A stretch of DNA of 64,000 nt, taken from Perna viridis (lineage: Eukaryota). The number at the start of each line of letters is the position of its first letter. Position 1 is the stretch's first letter. Both the position numbers and the translations under genes were made by a program. Of this stretch, positions 35,421-48,783 are shown piece after piece. The stretch lies in NCBI GenBank assembly GCA_037379345.1, contig CM074511.1, positions 4,340,001-4,404,000 on the forward strand, given 5' to 3'. The notes below the pieces were generated by a model that did no database searches, had not been told where the DNA came from, and saw only the letters and a list, made by a program, of their open reading frames with translations.

Positions 35421-36422
35421 GTGTGAAATGCTTAAAGGTTATATAGAGAGAAGAATTCCATTCTTTATGAGGTTGTATTTTCCAGAGAGCTTTTTGTGTT
35501 TTTTTTTTATTTTCAAATTACCGTCTTAGTTCGCTTATTCATTCTCTTCTGTAATGCTATCCTTTTTTCTTTTATCCTCCCTGTTTTTTTGGTTTGTTGG
35601 TTTGTTCGCTACACTGTACTCATCCGATGGATAAGCCTTCCACACCTTTGTTCTGCTGTTGTGAACAGGTGTCTTTCACTCGTATATTTGTCAAATGCAT
35701 TCTTTCTAAGGCAGTGTCTCTTTCACTCCCTCCCACAAAGTGTCTGCTCATCATCTTATCTTCTCTCTGCTCTTGCAATACCCGCTATCGGTTCTTTAGT
35801 TCATCTCTGACTTCCTGTGTACTTTCTTTATATCTTTAATAGTTTGAGCTTATACCTAGCTATAACAAGGTGTGATTTAACTATATTTTTGCTGTCAGTA
35901 AGTCATGAGGATCTCCTAAATATGATCAATCAGATTTTTGTAGTGTGGTCAAGAGACACCCATATTGTTTCCTGGATTTTTGCATGGACGAAAATTGTGC
36001 CCGGAACACCAACTTGTTCATTGCAAATGAGTCAGCTAGCCTTACCCCATTTGCATATATATCACCAAGACCATAAGCCTTTAGGTCTTTCTTTACACAA
36101 GAGACAAGAAGAATTCGGTTGGCATTCTAATTTTTAACATACATGAAAAGATGAAAAATGTTAGATTCACTTGTCTGTTTGTATTTCATTATTTTTTTAT
36201 TTTATTGAATTCATTTGATAAGCTTTAAAACCATGCATGTATAAAATAATCATTCTATAATCTAAAAATTTCTAAAATAATTCATTATAAATCGATTTTA
36301 CTAAAGAAATGAAGATTTTCAATCTGTTATATTTATTGATTTCTGCAATAAAAGTCTGACAACAGCTATATTTATTTATTTATATATACATATACTAGCA
36401 TCTAAGAGAAAACTTTAGCTTA

Positions 36423-39400
36423 ATGAATAATAACGCACTGGCAATAGGTGATTTGGAATGGGGACAGTGTATGTTAACGGGTGTTTTAATAAGGCTCGGA
36501 CAGCTAAGTCTTCTGCAATGCGCTAAATATTGCAGAAGGATCCCAATGTGTTTTTCTATAAATTATAGATACAATTGGGATCTGTGTGATTTGATCTCGG
36601 AATACAACACTGACACCTCAAATATTGATAAAAACCAGTTAACTGCCGAAATAGGTTGTGTTCACAGCTATATATCTTCATGGCCGAAGGTAAGTCATCA
36701 TTCATATGTTGGCATTGAACACTCAGAAAAACTTAACAATAAACCGTAAGGCTAAGGATTCTAGAGAGTATGGTCCGCTCAAATGTTAAAAAATAATTTT
36801 TTTTATATTTCAAGGAAAATTATCCAATCGTAATACAACGCGTACGGCGGCAATGTTTTACACTTAATTTTGCATAAATGTCATAAGTAGATGGTGATGC
36901 CCACTTTGTTAATGATTTAAAGGCAGATTTCAGACAAAGACGGCGACGGATACATAGTAATGAAGAAAATCTCATTCACTGGTCCAGTTGAGCTAAAAAG
37001 CTAGTCGCTTATGGTTTCATCTTAACACTTGTCATAGGTCATAGAAAATTTTCTAGTTATAAAATACAGATATACATTTATTGTGTTGGTTCTTGTGTTT
37101 CATCTTTTCTGTATTAAATGGGTATACTACGCAACTACATGATTTTATTTATTGAATTATAGGATATAGTCCCAGAATGTGTTAACAACGCGTGTCCTGG
37201 TGGCCATGCATGCAAACATGACGGCAGTTGCGTTCCTTCTTGTAAGTTCTTTCATATAGAAAAGGAACGGTGCTAAATTTTGTGTCAACCTTTTTTATTT
37301 ATTCTTAAATCAAAAATAAATTACGCCGAGGTTCAGATCACAAATGTAACAAATTGATAAAAGCATAATAGCATAATTCATTGGAGAAATAAAAATAATT
37401 ACCCGTGAGCGTTGTAAACGCAATGACTCAGCACGTGTATATAAATTAGTTAAATTGCTTTGGCAATTGATAGTATTCCCACATTAATGGCTCGTTTGAT
37501 ATTATTCTCACATTATTGGCACGATTGATAGTATATTTCCGAAGTTTCGACAGTATAGTAGGAAATTATTGTATTGACGGTACTAGTGAAATGTTTCATG
37601 GGATAGTTATCACGTGATGAAGATTTTGAGCGGGAATATGTTCCCTTTGTTATCACATTCTAGCCAACACTTGACTGGTCAACACTCAAGTTTCAGTGAA
37701 AATATAGCAGATATATTTTTTTGTCTTTGCTTAAATTTTATTATTATGATTATAATTTTTCTTTCAATAATATTTGATAAATATGTCATAGACATAATAT
37801 TCTATCTGATGTTTTCCAATCTTCTAAACATATACTTCGTCCAGGTATAACTCTTGAGACGGTCTTTTGAATTGGGTATGGACACAGGTTTCCAAAGAAC
37901 TTTACTACATATTAAGTAGTTGCACTTTTGATAAACACGGGATTACCCCTTTTTATAGAGAAATTGTTAGGTGTTCCATACAGCTTTATAAAGTTTTTTC
38001 CACAAGTAAAAATATGATTTTTTTGCATTCTTAGGTCTAAATTAACTATCAGTATGAAACGTCATTCTGCTATAATATAAGCATTGTTAAGATGCACTAA
38101 CGTAACAGATATATCAATAGCGAAATTCAAACTAACGAACAGCACGAACCAGACTAACCAACATCATGAACCAGACTAAAGAACATCATAAACCAAACTA
38201 ACGAACATCATGAACCAGACTAAAGAACATAAAAAACCAAACTAGCGAACACCACGCACCAGACTAACGAACATAATGAACCAGACTAAAGAACAGCACG
38301 AACCAAACTAACGAACAGCACGAACCAGACTAACGAACAGCACAAACCAGACTAACGAACATCATGAACCAGACTAAAGAACATCACGAACCAAACTAGC
38401 GAACAGCACGAACCAGACTAACGAATAGCACGAACCAAACTAACGAACAGTTCTAACCAGAATAATGAACAGCACGAACCAAACTAAAAACTGAGTGTAA
38501 AGTCAGTTGCTCCAGAAGGGTAAGCAGTTCATGGTTCTTGTATGACACCCACCGTGCTATTCGTTGAAGGTCAAGATGGGTGATATGATATCAATAGCAG
38601 ATGGAAACCATTGTTATACTGGACACAGACATTCCTTGTCGGTCAATCGGACCATGGAATCCACTGTAGAACTTTTATGATATCTATCTTCATCTGGATT
38701 GATTTTTTCTGAAGCCACTGAGGCATGCCTAGAAAATGTTAATGTCAAGAAACCAAATCAAAGTTATAGTCGCATTTTTCTAGATTAGCTTATGGGCTCC
38801 ATACTGAAATGGAAAAGGTTGTTAAATGACTTTCCTACAATCTTTTGTTTTTAATTTGCTGAACAATACAAAGGATTGTCAAAAATATTGAGACCTTTCA
38901 ACTGACCAAGTTGATGAATCCTTACCTGTAAATATTTTAAAAACCAGATCTTGTCTAAAGCAGCTATCTGGTTTATTCAATTTTTCATTGGTGAGGGGAG
39001 TTGAAATTTGATGAATGAAATTTTGTTTTGTGTTCTGTTGACAAGGCTGAAAGAATAGTTTAAAATATCCATTTTTATCTTAACCACACTGCATAAAAAT
39101 CTCATATATATTATAAGAATGAGACCTCAATTCATGTTTATTCCGTCTTTCATACAAATGGAATAGTCCAATTAAGATGGGCCCCGTGCAGGTCCGGGTG
39201 TCAAAAGAATAGGCCCGCAGCAGCGGTAAGCTTGTCGTAAAAGGCGACTAAAAAGTGATCAGAACCCTAGCCGGAGGCTAGGGCACTCTGCCCGCAGAGC
39301 AACTAGGTTGTGTGCTCCAGGAGGTGAAATGGGGTACCCCTGGTGTATTACATGCTGGGGTTGTCAGGCTATAATACGGAAAACCTGACCGCAAACCATA

Positions 39401-42400
39401 GTGGTGCAACGTGTTGGGAAAGATGCCACGTTAAAGAACACTTCTGTGGTATTCTCCCGAAGTAGGGACCACAGGGCCCAGTGGCAATCAAAATTTGTCG
39501 ACCCCTTTATCCTTGTGTCCCATCCCATTTTTCATTTCATGTTAATTTTATCATCCATTTTATGTTCATCGTCTGGCTATAGCTGAGATATTGCTGCTCG
39601 GGCGTTAAACCCGACAATCAATCAATCAATCCTATGAATATGGCCTTTTGATAAAAGGTGTATGATTCCTACTACATTTAAGGAACAAGTGTTATACAAA
39701 ATGTGATCAGTTTGAGGTTCAAATGAATTACAATTTCTGAAATACTGCCACGAGTTTTTTAAATGAATTAATTGCTTAATAAAATGTGCATTTAGTGGAG
39801 TCGAAGTTGCTCATTTATTTTTGTTACTATGGATGCCGCGGAGGACTACGCAAGAAAACGGATAAAACCAAAACAAGAAGGCATTGATTCTTTGTCAAAG
39901 TGGATAAAAAAAATTAAAAATCTTCATTTTTGAAACGAAAGTACAAACATGTAAAACATTGAGTATTAATGCTACATCAGTTTTCGAAGACCCCGAAGAC
40001 ATTGTTTACTATATATGACAAATATGTTGTCGTACCAGCAGACAAAGCCCAAAACAACATTGGTTTTTGTCTGCAAAACGTATTACATCCAATGTTTATT
40101 ATCAGAGGCAGGCGTAGAAAATAACAGCAGTGATAAGACATATACTGCCATTACACTCTCCCAACACGTGTTAGTGGATAACCATAAATATGTGATATCC
40201 TCTTTTGGTTTCTCTACCAAAGACGATGGCTGTGATTTACCGTCTATGTAATGGATTTCTAAACTCCACAAGAATCCATACAAACAAAGTTACATAGCTG
40301 GATCTGCAAAATGTACCACCGAAGCTCTTTCAAAACTTAACTTCTATACCCACAGCTATCAAAGAGGGTCTCCAGTCTTACCACAACACTTGTTATTGGT
40401 ATTAATTCAATGTGGATCCTTTTGGAATCCCTCAATTCAAGATTATTATCAGAATATAATAGCATTAAAACCTATGGTTTTTCAACACTGTGTACTTCTA
40501 TTCCCCATACTCAGTGAAAATCCCGACTCAAAAATATTATACATCATTGTTTCTCAAAAAAAAAAGATGGTACACCTAGATATAAATATATAGTTCTTGG
40601 TAGAAATTTTTTATACTCTGTTAAAAATATTTCCAAATCATCTTCCAAATATACAGAAGATGTTTGCAAAGTAGATGTTTTGGAGGAGTATATATTCTGA
40701 ATACAAAAACCAGTACTGAATGGATTCAGATTTGAGATGGAATGATTCAAATAAATAGTAGCATCAAATTATTGCTTCAATTTATGGTTTATTTCATGAA
40801 AATGTTACTATAACAAGTTAATTGGTTTTTCGTTATTGTCGTTATGTTGACATTTCATATTTGTTATCCAGTTGGGGGGGGGGGGGGGGCTGTGGGTTTA
40901 AAGTTTTTTTTAATCTTGGAAAAATAAAACAGAATTTTCCCGACCATTAGTTTTCCACATTAACACTTATGTTTGCAAGTACAAAAAAGCCATTGAATAT
41001 ATTTCTGTTAACTGGTTAATCCAATAAAGAAATAACAAAAAATTAAAAGTTAAAAAAGCACAAAATTCCCCCAAACACATTGTGAGTAATTTTCATAAGC
41101 TGAGAATTTTCCATAAGATTTAAAAATAGAGAGGATTGGCTGCTTTCCACATGCCCAAGTAAATCTTCATAGGTGAGTTGCTAACTAACATCAACTGTTA
41201 CAATAGCAACTGGTCGTTTTTAATGTCCCAATAGCTTTGTCAATTTTTTGTATTGTTCAGCAGATTGATAACAAAAGAGTGTCATGGTTGCAGTCGCTAT
41301 AACAATGTTAAAATAAATGTATTTGTGTTTATTCTAGAGTTTAGTTGAAAGTAATCCGTTTAAAAAACTGGCTCGAACATTAAGTCTGAATTGGAAAACA
41401 GACCGGAACACTGTTATTTGTAAAGCTGTGGTGTCTCCAGATGTGAATCATAGCACGCTCATATCTGAATGGATAGTGCCCCGACAATCCTAACAAAGTG
41501 AACCCAATCGCACATTCAGTCTGTTGACCATTTCCTTCAGTACAAAAATTCTTAACATTACAAACTTATCAAACCATCTTCGATCAATTTAAATGATATA
41601 TTGACTATAACGATGACGAAAACATTGTACTATATCAAAAGGTGGAATTAAGAATGGCAAAACAAGCAACATTCTAATAACCTACTTTTTCTTCCCTGGT
41701 AACCTACACACAAAAAGTCATGATGACTTAAGTTGCAAATCGACGAAATTAATCTACTTATGTAGTCTTGTATATGTCGGTGAAACACAAAAGCGAATGT
41801 GTGGTCATATTTAGAACTAATACCTACAAATTTCCGACCGTTTATGGACATTTTAATCAATAGAATCATTCAATCCTCTCTATGGAAGTTCGTATTATTG
41901 AAAAAAAAAGTTTTAAGTAGGTCAAAGAGTATTAATGCTTCATCAATTTCAAAGACTCCGATGTAGCCAAGTATATATGACAAATATGTTGTCTTACCAG
42001 CATACAAAGCCCAAAACAATCGAAGACAATAATAGCAGTAATAAGGCATATACTACCACACTCTCTTGAGATACTGTAAACCGGGACAGTTCGCGAGTTT
42101 TATGTTCTCTATTTTCGTGGTAAATCCCGTAACGCGGAAATAAACTCTCATAAATATTTTCGTCAAGGGAAATTATAGTACAATTTGGGGAAAGATTGCG
42201 AATTCAAAACTGCGCAAAACGTATTCATTGCATAAACCACGAAAAAAAGACGGCTAAAAATTACTCGGTTTACAGTAGTAAAAACATAAAGCCGTGTTAT
42301 ATCCTCTTTTGGTCTCTCTATAGATCTATACAGTGGATTCCAAAACTCTACAAAAATTTCAAACAAGCAACGCGTCATAACTGGATCTGCAAAACGTACC

Positions 42401-45400
42401 ACCAACTCTCTTTCAAAACGTTTTACTTCTGTACTCACATCATTATACCAAGTTGTTACACCAGAAAAGACAGTATACCTATATACAGAAGTGAAGTACT
42501 AGGAACCGATTCCTCATACTTTGTAAAAAATCGACTCCAACAGTAATCAAGGGAAGCAAGGTTATAGCGTAAATAAAAAGAATGCAATCCAGGGACAAAG
42601 ACTAGACATGGAAAACAAACATACACAACAAAGAAAATAAAGAAACTAAAATCATACATACAAAGTAACAAAAGCAAATTAGCAACTCGGACTCCCCTAA
42701 AAACTGGGGGCATGGACCAGGTGCACCGGTAAGGTAAACGTCCTCTGCTTTTCTAGAAACACCCACCGATTGCTCATAAAATGTCAAGTCCGGGATAGAC
42801 GAAAGAGGAAAGGAAAACTTTGAAATCATCTTCTTAATATAACGAAGAACAAGTATTCAAAATGCTGGAATTTATGGTCGACAACATATTTATCCAGTGT
42901 GGTGGACGCGTTTGTCGACAAAAGATCGGCATTCTAATGGAAACAAATTGTACCCCACTTGCTGACATATTCCTTCATTCTCATGAGGCTTAACTTTATA
43001 GCTTATCTAATCCAAAAGAAGGAACATAGATTAGCCCGATCTTACTATCTCAATTTCCGCTATAAATATGGCGTGTCGTCGTTACAGTTAGTCTCCCTTT
43101 CCTCTTTCGTCTATCCTAGACCGGCGAACTCAGTGTGTGTCTTTAAAAAAAGGACGCTTAATCTACCGGTGCACCTGGACCATGCTCCCAGCTTTTAGTG
43201 GGGTCCGAGTTGCTCAATTACTTAAATATCTTTGTACGTTTTATTTTGGTAATTTCATGTTCTTTGTTGTGTGTATTTTTCTATGTCGATTGCAATGTTT
43301 TGATTTCACTGAAAATTGCAGTTGCACAAAACTCGAAAACCCTTGGACACTGATGCTTTTTCCTCGTATTACACAGGGTAAAACTTCTCTGCGTTGGATT
43401 TTGTTTGAATGCTTGAATGATTCTGACGAGAGGTTACTTCTTGAAACACGTGAACAGCATACTTAAATTCTTATTTTTTTTTACCTTGCAGATTGTCATC
43501 AAAAACTCAACGTGCATAATGCTTTAGTGGTGGAACAATATGGACTCTATAGAAACATTGGTTTTGGAATACGTCATGAATGTAAGCCTGGTTACCATAT
43601 GGTTGGAAGACCTGTTGCAGTATGTAGAGAGCTAGAAAATAAAAATTATGACTGGGGTGTCGAATTCACATGTTATCCAGGTAAAACACTTGCAAATGAT
43701 AGGTGCAGGCGATATCAATTGCATTTATTCTAGATGTATATGAGTAAATTGTTGCTGTACGGGGAATCAAAAATAAAAGTTTTAATGCAAAAATATGAAG
43801 TTAATTTTAGAATATAGCATCTATTTGTTGCGGTTTCAAGGTATCTGGTTTATTACCGAACGGGGCACTATATTCATGTGCTATTCAGGTAAATAATTGT
43901 AGTTTAATAACGAATAGGACTCATATCCCAGGTCTATTATAATCCCGATTCTCGTAGAAATAGTTTTTTCATGTTTATTACGTATTTTGCGAGCACTGTA
44001 AAACTTTTCCTGTGACGGCTATAAAACTGGGTAAAAATTATCTATCATGTCGGAATTGAGACCGTCACATGTCTTTGACGTTGGTCATATGTTTATTACA
44101 GTTATACCATGGTCTAAAGACGTCTGAAGCACGTTATATTAGATACTTTATTACCAATCAGCCATTGCACTAAAAATCCATAAGAGTAAAATTACTAGTG
44201 GTCATAAGTTATGAAGTCATATTCGAGCAAAGGAAATTTGAATATTTATAGATAATAGCTAAATGGATAAACAAAGTTAATTATAGGATAATCAAAATTC
44301 CAGATCGAGCTTAGTTTCAAACTAGTGAAAACAATATTTAAAAAAAAACTGATAAAAAAAATCGACGAACAACTTTAAATAGTCGAAAAGGACACAGAAG
44401 AAACTAACAAATCATTAAAAATTAGTTTTTCACTATCACATACATTTTTTTCTCTTTCTTTTCATAAACGTGAAAGAATTAACTTTAGAGCGGTTGGTAA
44501 CGTAAGGGAGAGATTTAATGATAACCTGACAATGTTCCCACTCTACATTAACTACAGATTCACAATCCGGCAATATAACTCAATTTAAAAAATCATGTTT
44601 TATTCTTAATGCTTCAGAATACTGTAACACAGATTACTTCTTTGACCTTGAACTTTCATTATGTTTTAAACTGTATAATACGACATCAACATATACAGAA
44701 TCGAAAGCAACTTGTGAGATGGACGACTCCCAGTTGATGAGGATTGACTCTCATAAAACTCAGATCAAAATAGAGAATTACCTACGTGAGTGTATGTTTA
44801 TTTCATGTTTATTGTTAAAATTAGCTAGTTGTGAACTAAAACAGGAAAAGCTACGTTTGTAAGTTTAAAACAAAACTCGCAGCTAGACCGATTATATAAG
44901 ATGACGTTGAAGGTTTCAGAATTAAAGAATACAGTGAACTTTTAAAACTAGTTTGATGCATTGGTAGAAACATAAAAAAGCAATTCTTGAATTCTCAATT
45001 GATTTTTCCTAAACGTTTTTAACCTCACATCTTAAAAAAATGAGTTGAAGGTACTGTCTGTCCAAACCTTTAAAACTGCTCTTGCTTTTTGTACACACAT
45101 ATTGATATCGTATAAAAGAAATTTTCAAAAACTTGTTGAAAAGAGGATATGTACGCGTTCATACTTTTTCCAGTGGGTAACTTTAGCAGACAGGAAGAAA
45201 CAAAGGATTGATTCACGACACACAATTGTCTGATGTTTGGTCTTCAGACCAGCAGTTCGTATTGTACAAATTTTCGATATGTCTTCTACTAAGAAAAGAA
45301 AAAAAAATGAACTTTCCATTTTCAGGTAATGAAAAGCTTCCGAAATCGGATGTAGAATATATTTTTATCCAGGGTATGAAGGGCGGTTATTTTAGAGACG

Positions 45401-45603
45401 TAAATAAAGGTTGGATATTTGAAGACGACACAACCATGAGTTTTTTCAACTGGGATAAAACTGAACCAGATTTAACAGCTCCGATTAATTATCTCAGTTT
45501 ACACATTAAATACAACTTTAAATGTCATGATATTTGGGATAACTTTAAGGGTATGCCACTCTGTCAGAAAAGGGAAAAAAGATCCATGTTTTCGGTCTCC
45601 TAA
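36423..45603 (+). CDS. Lectin paralog 2 (EPD, CHD); exons 36423-36689, 37163-37241, 43492-43680, 44618-44791, 45326-45603; 5' end unresolved
   Basis: Exons 1-4 have the same lengths as in paralog 1 (267, 79, 189, 174), GT/AG, same phases; exon 1 nearly identical in protein. Confidence 0.85.
38129..38487. repeat. 21-bp minisatellite (~17 units, gaacagcacgaaccagactaa-type)
   Basis: Tandem units read directly; the last unit is part of the adjacent Penelope-like 3'-UTR. Confidence 0.9.
38467..38690 (-). mobile_element. 3' end of a second, divergent Penelope-like family
   Basis: Minus strand KFYSGFHGPIDRQGMSV (cf. KFYGRHHELVDRYGVSI), followed by the GGGTG...GCTTACCCTTCTGGAGCA motif. Confidence 0.65.
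39181..39630 (+). mobile_element. SINE-like element, copy C (small internal deletions)
   Basis: Starts gccccgtgcaggtccggg, ends (AATC)n; degenerate TSD ccaattaagatgg / cctatgaatatgg. Confidence 0.9.
39791..40670 (+). mobile_element. Penelope-like remnant
   Basis: MDAAEDYARK, PADK, DLPSM*WISKLHKNPYKQ; homologous to ~46960-47830. Confidence 0.85.
42072..42277. mobile_element. Tc1/mariner-type MITE (coordinates include the TA TSD)
   Basis: TA-CTGTAAACCG ... CGGTTTACAG-TA; splits Penelope-like coding sequence. Confidence 0.82.
42543..42820 (-). mobile_element. Solo Penelope-like 3'-UTR inserted antisense into another copy
   Basis: Reverse complement of 48505-48783; the flanks rejoin as the SSYFVKN..KSSS coding segment. 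Confidence 0.85.
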
Positions 45604-46019
45604 CAAAATTTTCTGTTTTTTTTTTTTGTTTTTTTTTTAAATTTTACTAAGTTAAATTATTTGCAATACATCTTTGAAATCTTAGTTTTGCATTTTGTGT
45701 TGCATGTTTGCCACATTAAAGCCATACGGAAGGTTTGTTGTTTTTTACCAATTTTCTAGGAAATTTAAGTTAGATATGGGTGACCTTGTCAAAATAGTGT
45801 GTCAGGGTATATTCCATGGAGAGAATTGGATGTGTTATTGGGTGAATTTTAAGGTGTGTTTGTTTGTTGTTTCAGTTCATTTATTTTGACCTTACATCTG
45901 AATGGAGATGGTTAAGGCCAGATACTACTATTTTAACCTACTGACAGGAGATGTTTAGTCATTTGGGTTCGAAATAATAGTCGATGGCGTCTTTAAATCC
46001 TTAACATCCTTAAATTGTT

Positions 46020-48783
46020 CGGGAATTAACACCACCAAATTCCCGACAGTTTATCAACACTTTAATCAAGAAGATCCTTCAATCCTCTTCACGAAAGTTC
46101 GTATTTTAGAATAAATTTACCATCCTACGAACAGTCCCGTTCTAAGTAAATACTATCGTAGGGAAAGAGAGGAGTACTGGATACGCAGACTAGGTACTGC
46201 AATACCTTACGACATCAAAAGTATAGGAAACCTTTCAAGCCAATATAACAATAGCATAAATGTGATGAATTTATTTGACACAAATCCAAGACGGGAAATG
46301 AGTCATGGCCATCGCCACTATACGTCACCTAAGTTACATGATGTCTCCATAGATGGTCTCCTTCCTTTCATACAAAAACCTTTTGGACTTCATCACATTA
46401 GAACCAAACTTTATTCTATACCTCTCACTCTACTACACTCCCTTTACAAAACAAGTCTTGACACTCCTGTTTCTGACCCCACCTCATCATTATACAGACT
46501 TGTTGCCATCATTTTGGATATTGGTTTCCACAGACTCTTTAAACCAGTTTGTGTGAAAAGTCAAGATGAAGAAAAACGATCATTTCTTCCACTACCGTTT
46601 GTCAACAAAGGTATAGATGCAATTAATTTGGCTAATATCCTCCATCACAAAAACGTTAACAACAAAATTCCCCATGTTTCAAAGACAAATCCATACCAAT
46701 TATTTCATATTCCTATACTTCACCCAGTGCATCCAAAATTTTCAATTATAAAAGGCTATTGCAGAATCTCGAGATTGAGGACTTCAAGGCTAAACCATCT
46801 GACTGTTCTTGCAAAACCTCTCCATTCAAATATGGTCCTTCTGGTCACGTCGTTAGGGCGATTTAACCATCGTCGAAAACGAATCTCTGCGTAATATCCT
46901 TTCTAAATGTCTCAAGTACCGTGAACCACGCTTCATAAATTGGAATTATATCTTTAAAGTTCTTATGGATGCCGTCGAGGACTATGCAAGAAAATGGATA
47001 AAACGAGAACAAGAAGACATTGATCAGACTCTGTCAGAGTGGTTAAAGGCCGTGAGATCTTTAATTTTGAAACGAATGAAAGTTTTAAGTAGGTCAATGA
47101 GTGCCAAGGCTACATCCGTTTTTAAAGACCTCGATGTACAAAAACATTGTCTACTATACATGACAAATATGTTGTCTACGAGCAGACAAAGCCCAAAACA
47201 ACATTGTTTTTGTCCGCAAAACGTTTTACATCCAATGTTTATTATCAGAGGTAGACGTATAAAATAATAGCAGTGATAAGACATATACTGCTACCAATTG
47301 ATTGTGGAAAACCATAAACCTGTGCTATCCTCTTTTGGTCTCTCTACCAAAAACGATGATTGTGATTTACCATCTATGTACTGGATTCCTAAACTCCACA
47401 AGAATCCATACAAACAACGTTTCATAGCTGGATCTGCAAAATGTACCACCAAACCTCTTTCAAAACGTTTAACTTCTATACTCACAACTGTCAAAGAGGG
47501 TCTGCAGTCCTACCACAACACTTGTTACTCCCGTAGTGGTATTAATTCAATGTGGATCCTGAAAAATTCTTAAGATCTTTTGGAAACAATTAGTTCAAGA
47601 CTATTATCCGAATATAATAGCATTAAATCCTATAATTTTTCAACACTGTATACTTTTATTCTCCATACTCAGTTATAATCCCGACTTAAAAACATTATAC
47701 ATCGTTGTTTTTTTCCAAAAACGATGTTGCACCTAGATACAAATATATAGTTCTTGGTAGAGATTCCTCATACTTTGTAAGAAATAATTCAAAATCATCT
47801 TCCAAATATACAGAGGAAGATGTTTACAAAATACTGGAATTTTTAATTGACAACATATTTGTCCAGTGTGGTGGACGTGTTTTTCAACAAACGGTCGGCA
47901 TTCCAATGGGACCAAATTGTCCTCCTTTACTTGCTGACCTATTCCTTCACTCTTATGAGGCTGACTTTATAGCTGATCTGATCAGAAAGAAAGAATATCG
48001 TTTGGCTAGATCCTTTAATCTCATTTTCCGCTGTATAGATGACGAATTATCTTTAAACAATCCTAATTTCGGGATTTGATACATCGCATCTACCCAAAAG
48101 AACTTGAGATAAAGGATACTACAGACACTGTGAAGTCAGCCTCATATCTTGACCTACACTGAGAAATCGATGGTAAAGGAAAACTATTGATCAAACTTTA
48201 CGACAAACGTGATGACTTTTCATTCGGAATTGTCAACTTTCCTTTCATCAGTGGCAACATCCCTTCGGCACCTGCGTATGGAGTGTTCATATCACTACTC
48301 ATACGTTATGCCAGAGCTTGCCGAAACTACGCAGACTTCTTGTATCGCACTAGAACTCTAACAAATAGGCTTCTGAAACAGGATTATGTTGCTACAAGAT
48401 TGAAGTCATCACTACAGAAGTTTTATGGTCGTCATCGTGAACTAGTGGATCAATATGGTGTATCCATCTGCACCATGAAAACTGATTTATTCAACGGGTC
48501 ATAGTTTTCCTTTCCTCGTTTGTCTACCCCAGACTTGACTTTTTATGAGCAACTCGACGGGTGTTTCTAGAAAAGCAGAGGACGCTCACCCTACCGGTGC
48601 ACCTGGTCCATGCTCCCAGTTTTTCGTGGAGTCCGAGTTGCTCATTTGCTTTTGTTACTTTGTATGTATGATTTTAGTTACTGTATGTTCTTTGTTGTGT
48701 GTGTCTGTTTCCCATGTCTGGTCTTTGTTCCTGGATTACATTCTTTTTATTACCGCTATAACCTTGGTTCTCTTGTTTACTCA
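46020..48783 (+). mobile_element. Most complete Penelope-like (Naiad-type) copy: C-terminal half of GIY-YIG, linker, RT, 3'-UTR; frameshifted
   Basis: YQHFNQ...RREREEYWIRRLGTAIPY (GIY-YIG end); LPSMYWIPKLHKNP; QQTVGIPMGPNC; FRCIDD (from YIDD); LYDKRDDF; stop at 48504. Confidence 0.92.

Larger units (their letters stand above)
41280..43290 (+). mobile_element. Penelope-like (Naiad-type) remnant with GIY-YIG N-terminal to RT; contains nested insertions
   Basis: 41640-41910: DLSCKS...LCSLVYVGET...RMCGH...YGHFNQ (GIY-YIG), followed by RT-region fragments and the 3'-UTR. Left boundary approximate. Confidence 0.8.

Noticed and set aside
46020-48783. Selenoprotein (UGA-recoding/SECIS) Naiad
   Set aside because: Cys positions I could read use TGT/TGC, the stops are explained by frameshifts, and the 3'-UTR stem lacks an evident SECIS non-Watson-Crick quartet; a consensus sequence would be needed.
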